This document shows, one piece after another, positions 25,233-36,126 of a stretch of 64,000 nt of DNA. A model generated the notes under the pieces. It was not told where the DNA came from and made no database searches. It saw nothing but the letters and a program-made list of their open reading frames with translations. Position 1 is the first letter of the stretch, and every line of letters starts with the position of its first letter. The position numbers and the translations under genes are program-made. Origin of the DNA: Blepharisma stoltei ATCC 30299 (lineage: Eukaryota > Protista > Ciliophora); contig CBFDEM010000018.1 of the NCBI GenBank assembly GCA_965603825.1, forward strand, positions 744,001-808,000, read 5' to 3'.

Positions 25233-26276
25233 ATGAAAGAAGCAAGTTTAAATAAGCTTCGTCAAGAAATCCTCGAAATGCAAAAAGAAAACGAAAACCT
25301 CAGAAAAATAGCCTACATTAATGCTATGGAAGAGCTCGAGCAAGCAAAAACAGAAAACAAGCGTCTCCGGTACGAGCTTCAGCTGCTCTCAAGTCCATCA
25401 AAGAAGAAAGTAACTATTAAGCCCATAGTCTATCTTGATCCTATCGAAGAAAACGAAGGCAGAGTGTATGCTGTGTCTTCATTAGCCTCACCAATAGCAA
25501 AATCAAAGTCTACTAAATTCATACCAGGATTAGAACGGAGTAGCTCAGGGTATAAACTCGAGCTCCCTCCAATAAACCCCAATGCTGCCAGTAAAAAGGC
25601 TTATTATTCATCTCAGCCAGCTTTATCTCCTGCAATGAGAGAAATGCTTATACAAGAAAGCAGACAACCAATAAAGCCAAAACCAGTCATTAAATATAAC
25701 TCCACATCTAATGAAGAAGTTGAGGTAGCAAGATTAGCCAAAAAGCGAAGAGAAACTTTTCAGAATCTCGCAGCCAAGAAATATCACCTAACAGATCGGA
25801 ACTATACCAAACTTGAAGGACACCAAAGACTTATAGAAGAAGACAATTTTGTCAGAAATGGAATTCTTAATGGGGATTTTGGGAATTTCCGAGACGAAAA
25901 CATTTATGTTGTTGATAAAGACTCATCAGTCGAGACTGTAAAACCAAGCATCGTTATTAAGCAGAGAGAATTACAAGAAAATGATGAGACACATAAAGCA
26001 GACGAAAAAAAGAAAACGATAAAGAGAATTCCAATTGAAGAAATAGACATGACAAAGGCAGGGACTGATGTGAGAGAGTACGAAGAACGAATGAGGAATG
26101 ATGAAAAAAAACTTCAAGAAGCAAAAGAACTTATTAAAGCTATTGAAACGAGGCAGAAGCAGCAACTTCAAGTTATGGAAGAAGAGAAAAAAAGAAAACA
26201 AGAAGCGGATAAAACTCCGAAAGCTACTGAGCTAGGTGAGAGAAGGAAGAAAACACATAAAATTGTTTGCTCTTAA
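25233..26276 (+). CDS. Coiled-coil hypothetical protein (347 aa)
   Basis: Long uninterrupted ORF; N- and C-terminal coiled coils. Confidence 0.78.
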   Translation: MKEASLNKLRQEILEMQKENENLRKIAYINAMEELEQAKTENKRLRYELQLLSSPSKKKVTIKPIVYLDPIEENEGRVYAVSSLASPIAKSKSTKFIPGLERSSSGYKLELPPINPNAASKKAYYSSQPALSPAMREMLIQESRQPIKPKPVIKYNSTSNEEVEVARLAKKRRETFQNLAAKKYHLTDRNYTKLEGHQRLIEEDNFVRNGILNGDFGNFRDENIYVVDKDSSVETVKPSIVIKQRELQENDETHKADEKKKTIKRIPIEEIDMTKAGTDVREYEERMRNDEKKLQEAKELIKAIETRQKQQLQVMEEEKKRKQEADKTPKATELGERRKKTHKIVCS

Positions 26277-26395
26277 GCGTAGCAATTTATTTTCGCATAT
26301 ATTATAATTAAAAGCATATTGTTAATTCTGCTTACTGATAAATGCACCTATTTAAGCTATTTATTTACAAATAAACAAAACTCTTACAGGATATA

Positions 26396-27004
26396 CTAAA
26401 AATCTGCATTGCAATTTGGACATTTAGGAGACTGTGATGCCATTACTCATTCATCAATGCAAAAGCCATGAAATACATGTGAGCAGCTAATTGCTCTTAC
26501 GAGATCAAAATCCTTTAATTCTACTAAACAAATTGTGCAAATCGGTTCACCTTTATGCTTAATTCTTGATGAAAAATATTTCATAGGATATTTTTCTTCA
26601 ATCCAATGGCACCCTACAAGCTTTCTGGCAGAATTCATAACTAATAAGCTCGATTCATTCGGAAGAGAAGCTGTAACGACTTCAAAATTGTGCTCAACTT
26701 TATTTTTTTTACATACATAATAGAAAACACAGCCAAACCTGCATAGAGCTTACCAAAACGCCCCAAAAGAAATCCCCATTATGACACTTGTAAGCAAAAC
26801 TGTGCTTGCTGCGTTGTCTGAAGAATTTGAAGCTTTTGATTGTGTCTTATATAAGCAGTCATTATAGTCTGAAATATTGCAGCAAGTATTGTTTAATAAG
26901 GATTCACAATCTGTGCTGTTTGAATAATTATCTGAGCAAGAACAATTTTGCGAATGGGAGAATTGCATTAATGTAAAGAATGCAATCAAATGGAGCTTAT
27001 TCAT
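26396..27004 (-). CDS. Signal peptide + TM + RING-H2 E3 ligase (197 aa); 1 intron
   Basis: Cys-rich ectodomain, TM helix, CTICLVE..CSHVFHGFCIDE[W]..KCPNC. Confidence 0.88.
26739..26753 (-). other. 15-nt spliceosomal intron
   Basis: gtaagctctatgcag; removes in-frame TAA. Confidence 0.88.
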
Positions 27005-27799
27005 TTTATAAAGAAATGCGTTTTACTTTAAATAAATAATAAAATTGATATATGGTGATCGTTCAAATAGCTTTTATTCCTTTTAGCTCATTTTTAGGGA
27101 ATATAAGCAAACTATAGTGGATCAGTTATATTTTATATAATCATTCAGAAAATTCTTAGCTAAAATTATTGCGGATTCTAATAAATGGGGAATAAAACAA
27201 TTATTGTATTAGTTTCATCAGCGGTTTTTGCTGAAAACTTAATATAATCATAAATGACTTAAAATGCAAAGCTCAGATTGAATAATTTCACTAAAATATT
27301 ATTTACCTTTGAGACTATTTTTCTTTACTGTTCATGTACTTCTTAATTAAGTTTGCTAAAAAATCCCCTCCTATTACCATAAATACCTCTAAAAAATTAG
27401 TTGGCAATGGCATAACTTAAATATACTGTAAAGTGATCATCAGTAAATGCCATATAAGATAACGTTGGGTTAGGTTTTGCTTCCTTTCCAATAACGTTTA
27501 AATCAACATTAATTAATCATTTACAATATTTCAGTTTACTTTTTTATCTTATTATTATTCAGTGATTTATGAACTTTATAATCTCCTGCTATATGCAATT
27601 ATTTCTTATAATAAAAAATTTTTAAACTTATGAAGATATCTTGCAATGTTATTTTTGTTAGGATGTATTCTTTAGTTTGCATAAGCACTTCTATAAAACA
27701 GTATTATTTTAGCATAGCTAAGCTTATTGCTGTTTGGTCTATACGAATCCTCATTATTATTACAGATAACTTATTTCTTTATAAAATAATATCAATCTA

Positions 27800-28609
27800 A
27801 TGTCAGTGAAACTTGAGCACTTAACAATTCAGAAAAGCCCGAAATTGAGAACAAAAAGAGTTGATGATATTCTATCATCAATTGACACTTTGCAAAAAGA
27901 CCTTAAGAATATCAAAAAGGAGCCTTTTAAATCTTCTTCAATAGGCACTTTGGAAGTCTTAACCCAAGCAACGACACTTAAAAAAAAGCCAACTTTTAAT
28001 AGATCGAACACTTACTTAAAAGGCAAAGACCGAATTGAGCTTATAAAAAATAAAGAAGAAGCAGAAAAACGCAAACAAAAAGAAAAAAACGCTCTACAAA
28101 TCATATATGGGGATACTCCTCAGCACAAAAGATATATGACACAAGAAATATTTACTGATAAAGAAGTATACCGTATTGTGCAGAACAATAAAAGAAAATT
28201 TGGCCCAGACCGCACAAAGTCGAAATTAAATATCCAATTTTTCGAGACTCCTAAAGCGAATTATCAATTCAAACGGGGAAGAGAAAAAGTAGTTGCCAAA
28301 GAAGAAGTCACAAAAGGTCTGAATTCTATTTATTTTAATCATACCTATAGAAATTCTCCAAGAATGCAAAAAAAGCACCTTATCAAACAAATTGAAGAAT
28401 CGAAATTCAAAACATTTTCTTCCCTTTCACTTCCTGAATGCTTTAGTCCTTCTTCTCCAGCTGAAAGCTGTGGTAAAAAATCAGTGGATGAAGAATTCGC
28501 ATTTTGCACACAAAACGCTTTTCAAAGCTTAATAAAAGAATCAGAGAGGATAAAGCTAAAGCCATTTGATAATATGAAACCTAAGAGACGTCTGGGTATT
28601 TTGAAATAG
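27800..28609 (+). CDS. Basic hypothetical protein (269 aa)
   Basis: Uninterrupted Lys-rich ORF; no recognised motif. Confidence 0.72.
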   Translation: MSVKLEHLTIQKSPKLRTKRVDDILSSIDTLQKDLKNIKKEPFKSSSIGTLEVLTQATTLKKKPTFNRSNTYLKGKDRIELIKNKEEAEKRKQKEKNALQIIYGDTPQHKRYMTQEIFTDKEVYRIVQNNKRKFGPDRTKSKLNIQFFETPKANYQFKRGREKVVAKEEVTKGLNSIYFNHTYRNSPRMQKKHLIKQIEESKFKTFSSLSLPECFSPSSPAESCGKKSVDEEFAFCTQNAFQSLIKESERIKLKPFDNMKPKRRLGILK

Positions 28610-28762
28610 GATATTTTATTTGAAATTAAAAATTAATATTAATTTACATATTGCGATATTATTTAATTTTCTTATTATATTAATTCTAGTTGGAAAGCTA
28701 ATTTTTAATAAAAATATCAGAATTAATAAATTATACGATTTTAAGTTTTTAAATAAAATTAA

Positions 28763-29094
28763 ATGGAAAGAAGACAACAACTTCAATTTTATCAGTTAGC
28801 ATTTAGTATATAAACAAAATAAAAAAATTTGCGTAATTGGACTTGCAAGCTATCATTCAAGGTATTAAACCATTTATTGATATGACCATATATATTCTAA
28901 GAAAAAATAACTCTGTTTTAATTAGGAAAAAATCCATAAAGTGATAAAGAAGTGACTTATGAAGAAGCAAAGCAGTAAATAATCAGTATTAAATGATACA
29001 TTAGGAAGTGTCTTCAAGCAATGGATTTAATGCGAATTTGGCTTTTGAATTATTATATACAAGCATTATAGCCACTTGCAAAGTCATTAATTAA
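28763..29094 (+). pseudogene. Highly degraded Rab-like GTPase relic (array copy 1)
   Basis: Fragments KEVTYEEAKQ* and EVSSSNGFNANLAFELLYTSIIATCK resemble the C-terminal half of neighbouring copies; stops and frameshifts. Confidence 0.55.
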
Positions 29095-29324
29095 TGTTAT
29101 AAATTGCCATATAGGAAGGAATAAATTTCAAGAATATAAGACATTTTTTAGGACGAGCTAAACTCATCGCGAAGGATAATAATTTTATTAAGAAACTCAA
29201 AGTCGTTGGATCTACGTTTTGATGGTTAATATTTTTCTTTTTCCTTATGATAAGTGATATTTTAAGTAAAAATAATACTGAAAAATTTCAGCAAAATCAT
29301 CAAAGATTTATTAAACCTATATAA

Positions 29325-29868
29325 ATGGTGGAAGATTTTTCAAATAGTGGAATAAAACTAAGCTTGATAGGAAGCTCTCAATCTGGAAAATCTTCAATTC
29401 TTTCTAGATTTTTGAATCATTGCTTTAGTGACTCATACAAACCGACGATAGGTGTAGAATTTGTATGCTTTATTTTAGCAATTCAAGCAAATTCCTTGAA
29501 AGGGGAAATCCCTCTCCATACAAGCATGAGACACTTCTGGTGATGCTTCTTGAAGAAGTATGACTTTATCTAATTATATTCATACCCAAGGTTTCCTAAT
29601 CGTTTACAGCTTGAATGATAGAAACTCCTTTGAAGAAGCCAAAATATTTATAAGCCTTTTCAAATCTCGTGCTAATAATCTAGCTTATGCTGTGCTAATT
29701 GGAAACAAATGCGATTTGAAAAGTGAGCGACAAGTCTCGTATGAAGAAGGGAAACAATTGGCTGATGAAAACGAAATCTTATATTTGGAAACTTCAGCCA
29801 AAAATGGGATAAATGTCCATTTTTCAATAAAGACATTATGTGAGACAGTAATATTATTGTGCAAATAA
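29325..29868 (+). CDS. Divergent Rab-like GTPase (array copy 2, 175 aa); 16-nt intron
   Basis: GSSQSGKS, PTIGVEF, A[W]DTSGD, GNKCD, ETSAK; removing 29463-29478 joins the two ORF-track pieces. Confidence 0.85.
29463..29478 (+). other. 16-nt spliceosomal intron
   Basis: gtatgctttattttag; restores the frame between G2 and G3. Confidence 0.85.
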
Positions 29869-29920
29869 TTATTATTTGAAATTAAACTTAAGCAATTAAA
29901 ATATTAAACTTATTTAAATA

Positions 29921-30491
29921 ATGGAAGATGAATAGTATCATATAATTAGCGATTATTTATTCAAACTTCTTCTTATAGGAGATTTATACAGGAAAATCAT
30001 CATTTTTCTCCAAATTACAATCACATTTCAATATTTCTATACCAAAAGATGCCGCCAAATTGCAAAATTTCAATTCAGTAATGATTATTTAGATTCCGAT
30101 AAAAACAAAGCACAATGAATTAACAGTTCTATTAGAAATTTATGATCCAAATGGAATTGAAAGATTTGGTTCTCTTCCATCATATTCTATATGAGGTATA
30201 AACGGATTTTTGGTATTTTATGATATATCAAGTAAACAAAGTTTTATGAACGCTCAAGAATGAATGAAAAAGATTCATATATCTGCTTCAAATCTGTCAG
30301 CATGAATTCTGATTGGAAGTAAATGTGATTTAGCGTTTAAAAGAGAAGTCTTGTTTACTGAAGGAGAAGCTTTAGCTCGTATGATAGGAATTCCATTTAT
30401 TGAAATTTCTTCACTTGAAAATAAAAATATTGATGTTGCTATTTCTGCTATTATTTCGAGTATAATAACTAAAATTAATATGTATTATTAA
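29921..30491 (+). pseudogene. Rab-like GTPase (array copy 3) frameshifted in the P-loop; 2 introns (29935-29949, 30078-30092)
   Basis: MEDEY/DYLFKLLLIGDL - shift near 29987 - TGKSS; YDPNGIERF, LVFYDISSKQSF, GSKCD, EISS. Confidence 0.75.
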
Positions 30492-30510
30492 TAGTCAATT
30501 ATTTAAAATA

Positions 30511-31009
30511 GTGGAAGAAGAGTAAAAGAAATTTAGCTACAAAGGAGTAGGCGAAAAATGTTTTATAAAGGCTTTTGTTGATGGAAATTGCCTGGCCATA
30601 AGCTCGAGGATTTTGCTTTTGTAAGTTTTATAAAGAGAGTTAAAGCTTCAAATAAAAGGCTTAAAATGTACATTTAGTGATTACCTTCTAGTATGCTGGA
30701 TTATTTCTATTACTAATCATATTTTAAATTATCAAGTGGGTTATTTATGGTGTAAGATGTAGCCGATAAGAGTTTTTGTTAGCAGATAAGAGAAATTCTT
30801 AATGAACTCGATACCCACACATCATGGAGTTATATCATAATGCTAGTTGGGAATAAATGCAAAATATGAGCTAAAAGTCAATTGACTTATGATGAAGGGG
30901 AAAATTTGCGGATAGTCGAAATATTTTTTCATGAAAGTTTCAGAAAAATGGAAATTCAATGTATTAATAGCCTTTCAAAATATAATGGTAAATTATATAA
31001 TTTATAAAG
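30511..31009 (+). pseudogene. Rab-like GTPase relic (array copy 4)
   Basis: GTG in place of ATG; intron remnants 30522-30536 and 30621-30635; GVGEKCF, KMYI*, FMV*DVAD, MLVGNKC, QLTYDEG; several TAA/TAG. Confidence 0.7.
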
Positions 31010-32162
31010 AATTAAATTGGCTAAATAGAAATCTAATTTTTAATAAAATCTAGATTTAAGAGTTATAATTTTAATTATAATTCAATATAAAATATAGAGT
31101 AGGTTCACCCAAATTTTTTTTTATTATAAGGAAAAATACTATTCCCTCAGCATAAAATTGATGAATGAAGGGTAAGATGGCCTAATTAAATGTGCCTATA
31201 GGATTTAAGAATAAGCTTATATCCAAATATACTTAGATTTAATTTACTTACTTCAGTCCTTTATTGCAGGGTTTAGTCTTAAAATTTAATTTTTTAAATT
31301 TCTTCAAAGCTTATAAACTTTTTTAAAAGGAATCTTGCATTTATTTTATCCTACCTTCCACTATAATTCCTTACTTTAAAGTGTAAACCATTTTTGCACT
31401 CGTAAAAAAACGTGGTCAAGCTACCGCTTACTATAATGAATTTGACAGATTAAAATCTAGGAAAAAAATTACATTATATGAAGAAATCCTTTAATGATCT
31501 ACTTATTATTTTGACTTTATAAAATCAAGTTTATATCCTTTAATTATAGAATGCCAGCATTTTTATATAGAAGTATTCATTATGGTTTTTGAAGTATATC
31601 AAAAATTAATTAATTAGCAACTAAGACTTTTATATTCTTTTAACATTTAAGGTCATTTTATTGTCTCAGTAATGTAAAAAAAATCATTAAGAAGCTTCCT
31701 TATCAATAGCTATCTCTCATTTATACTCAATTAATAGCTATGCAATTATAAACTAAAAATGGAAGGGACTAAAGTAAGCTTTTTGAAGATAGGATAGATA
31801 TAATTATTTGTGAATCAAAATTTTACACTTAATGCTCCTATGAAAATTGGCATAAATCAAATCACTTCTGAGTCTCATAGAACGCTACATTATCATTTCT
31901 TATATAAAATAAGCATAAAAATAGTAATCTAAAAGATCAATTGATAAGGATCAATAATTTAAAATAATTTATCTTATCTGATAATTATAATAATGGTGGA
32001 TTTCGAAAGCACGATTATTATTAATTTCGTTTTTTATTATATTATAGTAGATAATTTGTGGAATCAAAGAACCAAAATATTTTATTAAAATAAAATCAAT
32101 TATTTATTTAAAATTTATTTTAACTAGCAGAATAATTAAAGCTTTAGCCATAAAAGTGAAAA

Positions 32163-34700
32163 ATGTCAACTCATGAAAAGAGTTCTAGATGACAGCAAGC
32201 TTTCAGAGTTAAAAAAAGCACAATGGCTCCTACCAACTACCATCTCCCTTTATCGTTCCATATAAATACAAATAAATTTATAGCTCAGAAGATCATCAAA
32301 GAGATTCCTAATTGCACTACAATTGAATTTTTGGCCAAAAGCTTCATAAATCAAGCCAACTTTATCAAAAACTATCAATTAATTATTTTTCTCAGAATAT
32401 TTCTAACTCCTGAGCTTAAAGAGATATTATTCAAAATTATTTTATTTTCAAGAGAATCAAGTGCACTGCAAGTGGCAGCCTCAAATGCTATAACATTTCT
32501 TAATAAATGTGGATATTCATTTGCTAATAAAAATTTAGAAGAAATCCAAGTTCCATATTCAGATCTGTCTTGAGGAAACTGAATAAATGTCAATTTCAGA
32601 AATAGTAATCTTACTGGGGTCAATTTTTCTAATTCAAATATTCACAACTCAGATTTTTCACAATGCCAAATGAAAAATATTAATTTTGGGACCTTTGTAC
32701 CTATAGAAACTTATGGATTTTCAATTATTACCTCATTTACTCCAAGTGGAAATTACCTTGCTTATGTCAGTGACAAGAGTAAAATAAATTTTTACAAATT
32801 AAAATCTCAGAAAATACAAAAAACATTGAATTTTGAAAAATACGTTATCACTTCAATAGCATTTTTTCCCAACGAATGTTCTTTAGCAATTGGCTTAGAA
32901 AATGGGAAAATACTTATTTATGATTGAAATTCAAATTTATTAATAAAAAAACTAAAAAACAAAAACTATAAAAGAGTCTCTGCTATGATAATATCTCCAT
33001 GCAAAAAGTATTTGATTTCTGTAATTAATGATAAAACAATCAATTTCTGGAATCTTTATAATTACAAGGAGGTAAAAGAAAATTTCACAAAAGTTGACTA
33101 TTTTCAATTTATTTTATTTCAATTTCAAATTTATTTTTTAATTTACAAAAAGAGAGACAAAAGCCTTCATATCTATAGTTTGTCAATAGAAAAACAGGAA
33201 TTGGTCAAAAAAATTATAGCTACAGAAGAAAATGTGAATTCACCCACAATTACTCCAGATGGGACGCATCTTTCTATAGGCTATGGAGGCATAAACAAAA
33301 TATCAAGATGGAAATTATCAAATATGGAAAAATATACCCACTTTTTTGAAAGCTTTTATTTTCTTGACAAAATTGAATGATCACCATGCGGATGCTGCCA
33401 AACTAATTCTAGAGGAAGCCAAAGTATTGCATTCTGAGATGTAAAGAATCAGAGAGTCAAGTGAAAGATGTCTACTAATTCTTATATGATCACTGCCTAT
33501 CACATGTCTCCTTGTGGAAGATATATAGCAGCAATAACTCTTCTCTCAGATATCGCAAGTATCAAGATAAGAAATATTGAAGAAGAGTCCAAATATCCCT
33601 TTTTTAAGTTTATATGAGAGCCTGTGTCTTCTCTTTCACTATCACCTTGTGGGAGGTTCTTAGCAGGTATATGGAACAGTGATGGAGCTAAAATATGAGA
33701 TTTAGTAAAAGGGCAAGAAATTAACTTTTTTAATAGAAGTCAAGGAGAATTCACACAAGCAGTTTTCGCGCCTTGTGAAGACACAATTGCTTTTATAAGA
33801 TCAAAAGAAATCCTATTTATGTCTTCTAAAACATTTAAACTTCAAAAAAAACTTTCATCAAATGACAGCAATGATTTAAGTTTTATTGCATTTTCTAATT
33901 GTGGAACTATGTTTGCATTAGGAAAAGTAAATGGTATTATTCAAATTTGGAATTATAATGAAATGCAAATGATTAAAAATTTAAAGGAGCATGCCAATTC
34001 AATTTATTCTATCTCTTTCTCTCCATGTGGAAGCAAATTGATATCAGCAAGCATGGAAATATTCGTTTTGTGAGATCTAACAAGTTTCACTGGAATACTA
34101 AAAATGGATAACAAAAATTCTTCTTGCCCAATTATATTTTCTCCTTGTGCAAGATTTTTTGCTGGAGGAGGAGAAAATTTTTCAATTTTATTATGGAAAA
34201 ATCCAAATAATGAAATTATAAAAATTGATGGACATGAAAAAACTGTTTTTTCTTTGAGTTTTTCAACATGCGGAAACTACTTAGCTTCTGGGAGTGCTGA
34301 TAAAACAATTAAATTGTGGAAAATAAAAGAGGAAGTTTATCTTGTCAAAGAATTTAAAGGTCATCTTAGCAATGTTATGGCTGTTATTATTTCTTATGAT
34401 GGAAAATGAATTATTTCTGGAGGATCTGACAGGACAATAAAGATATGGAATATTGAAAAAGAGATTTGAGGGGAAAAAGAATTTCCAAATAATGGAGACC
34501 ATGAAAATTGTGAATTGAAAAATGCATTAGAATGATCTTCATTAAATGGAGATTTAACTATTTATGAATCTAATTTTACACATGCAACACTTAGCGAAAA
34601 AAATTTAAATATTATTAGATCGCTGTCGAAGACTGGTGAATCAAATCTCAGCACAGAACCCAAGAATAAAAATTTCAATGACTTTAAGTGGAGCTTATAA
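32163..34700 (+). CDS. Pentapeptide-repeat + WD40 protein, C-terminal module of the NACHT-WD40 family (845 aa)
   Basis: One frame with many TGA=Trp; AASNAITFLNKCGYSF..DLS..NFRNSNLTGVNF..DFS; WD40 repeats with FSPCG; tail [W]SS..L..SNF..A.LSEKN. Alternative start at 32223. Confidence 0.85.
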
Positions 34701-34938
34701 AATAATAGACTAATACACCAGCAATCAGGAATTTATAACTTCTATTGAGTAATATTTTAATTTCAATAATTAATTTAATATGGATTTGATTGAAGTAACT
34801 AATATAAATCACTATATAGTAATTCTTTGCTTAAAATAAGATATTAAAAAAGACAGCTATAGAATAAATCTTTTAATAAAATATAAACCATACTTAAAAT
34901 TACTTTGACACTTAAATTTATAATAAATCCTATAAATA

Positions 34939-35913
34939 ATGGAGCAAGCTGAACAAAGACGTCAAGAAGAAGCCAAAACTTCCACCCTCGGTGACCCAGA
35001 CTACCCTTTAACTGAAGACATGGAGGTATCAATAACCTAGGACGTCACCTATCTAAATGCCCGGTTCACCAAAATCGAAAATCTCAATCTCTGTCCTAAT
35101 CTCTTAAGACTCTGTCTCCGTCGGAATTTAATAACGAAAATTGAAGGTCTAGAGCATGTTCCTCAACTAGAAGAGCTTGAACTTTACGACAACAGAATAC
35201 AAAAGATCGAGAATCTTTCATCCTTGCAAAACCTAAAGTATTAAATATTCAGAATCCTTGACTTGTCATATAACCTCATCAAAGAAATTGAAGGCTTAGA
35301 AAATCTTTTGTCGCTGAGAAAAATGTTTTTGGTTGCAAATAGGATCAAAAAAATCCAAAATTTAGAGAGCCTGGTAAGTCTGGAAACGTTAGATCTTGGA
35401 TCTAATAAAATTGCAGTAAAAATCATATAGAAAATTGAAGGAATCCATAATTTGACTAATTTGACTGAGCTGTGGCTAGCGAAAAATAGGATAACTGAGA
35501 TAGAAAATCTTGACAATTTGACGAATTTAGAAGTTTTGTCATTGGCTGCGAATAAACTTACAACGATTTCAAAATTAGGAGCTCTGACGAAGCTAAATCA
35601 ACTATTGTTGAATGAAAATTTCATTGTGGAGATTGGGGGACTTGAAAGTTTGGCTGAGCTGGAATTGCTGGATTTATCTGATAATAAAATAGTTCAGCTT
35701 AAAAATCTCGACCATCTGCAATGCTTGGAAGATTTGTGGCTTACAGCTAATAAAATTGAAAATTTCAGCGACCTTGACTATCTCTCAAGAATTCCAAGCT
35801 TGAAAACAATTTATTTAGAAAGATGTCCTGTCTATTTTTATCCAAATTATAAGATGAGGATTAGAGAAGTCTGCCCAAATATCAAACAGATAGATGCAGT
35901 AGCAGTTAACTAA
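34939..35913 (+). CDS. PPP1R7: SDS22-type LRR protein, PP1 regulatory subunit 7 (309 aa); 3 introns
   Basis: LEELELYDNRIQKIENL, LDLSYNLIKEIEGL, LDLGSNKI, LWLAKNRI; LRRcap YKMRIREVCPNIKQID. Confidence 0.88.
35026..35040 (+). other. 15-nt spliceosomal intron
   Basis: gtatcaataacctag; in-frame TAG. Confidence 0.85.
35238..35252 (+). other. 15-nt spliceosomal intron
   Basis: gtattaaatattcag; removal restores LRR register. Confidence 0.9.
35416..35430 (+). other. 15-nt spliceosomal intron
   Basis: gtaaaaatcatatag; removal restores LRR register. Confidence 0.9.
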
Positions 35914-36126
35914 TTAAAAAGCTTATCATCCCAATTAAATAATGCTAAATTTCATTCAATTATCATTATTTATTATCTACACAAATAATTTTAACAAATG
36001 ATTATATTGGGAATTAATAATAAAATTATTGCATGATTTTATATATTTTTAGTTATGCTAGGTATTCCAATAAATATACGATTATTTGAGAATTTATATT
36101 TGATAAAATAAGTTAATTTATAACAT

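Noticed and set aside
31010-32160. Eroded NACHT domain upstream of the WD40 gene
   Set aside because: Only vague resemblance; no Walker A/B recoverable by eye
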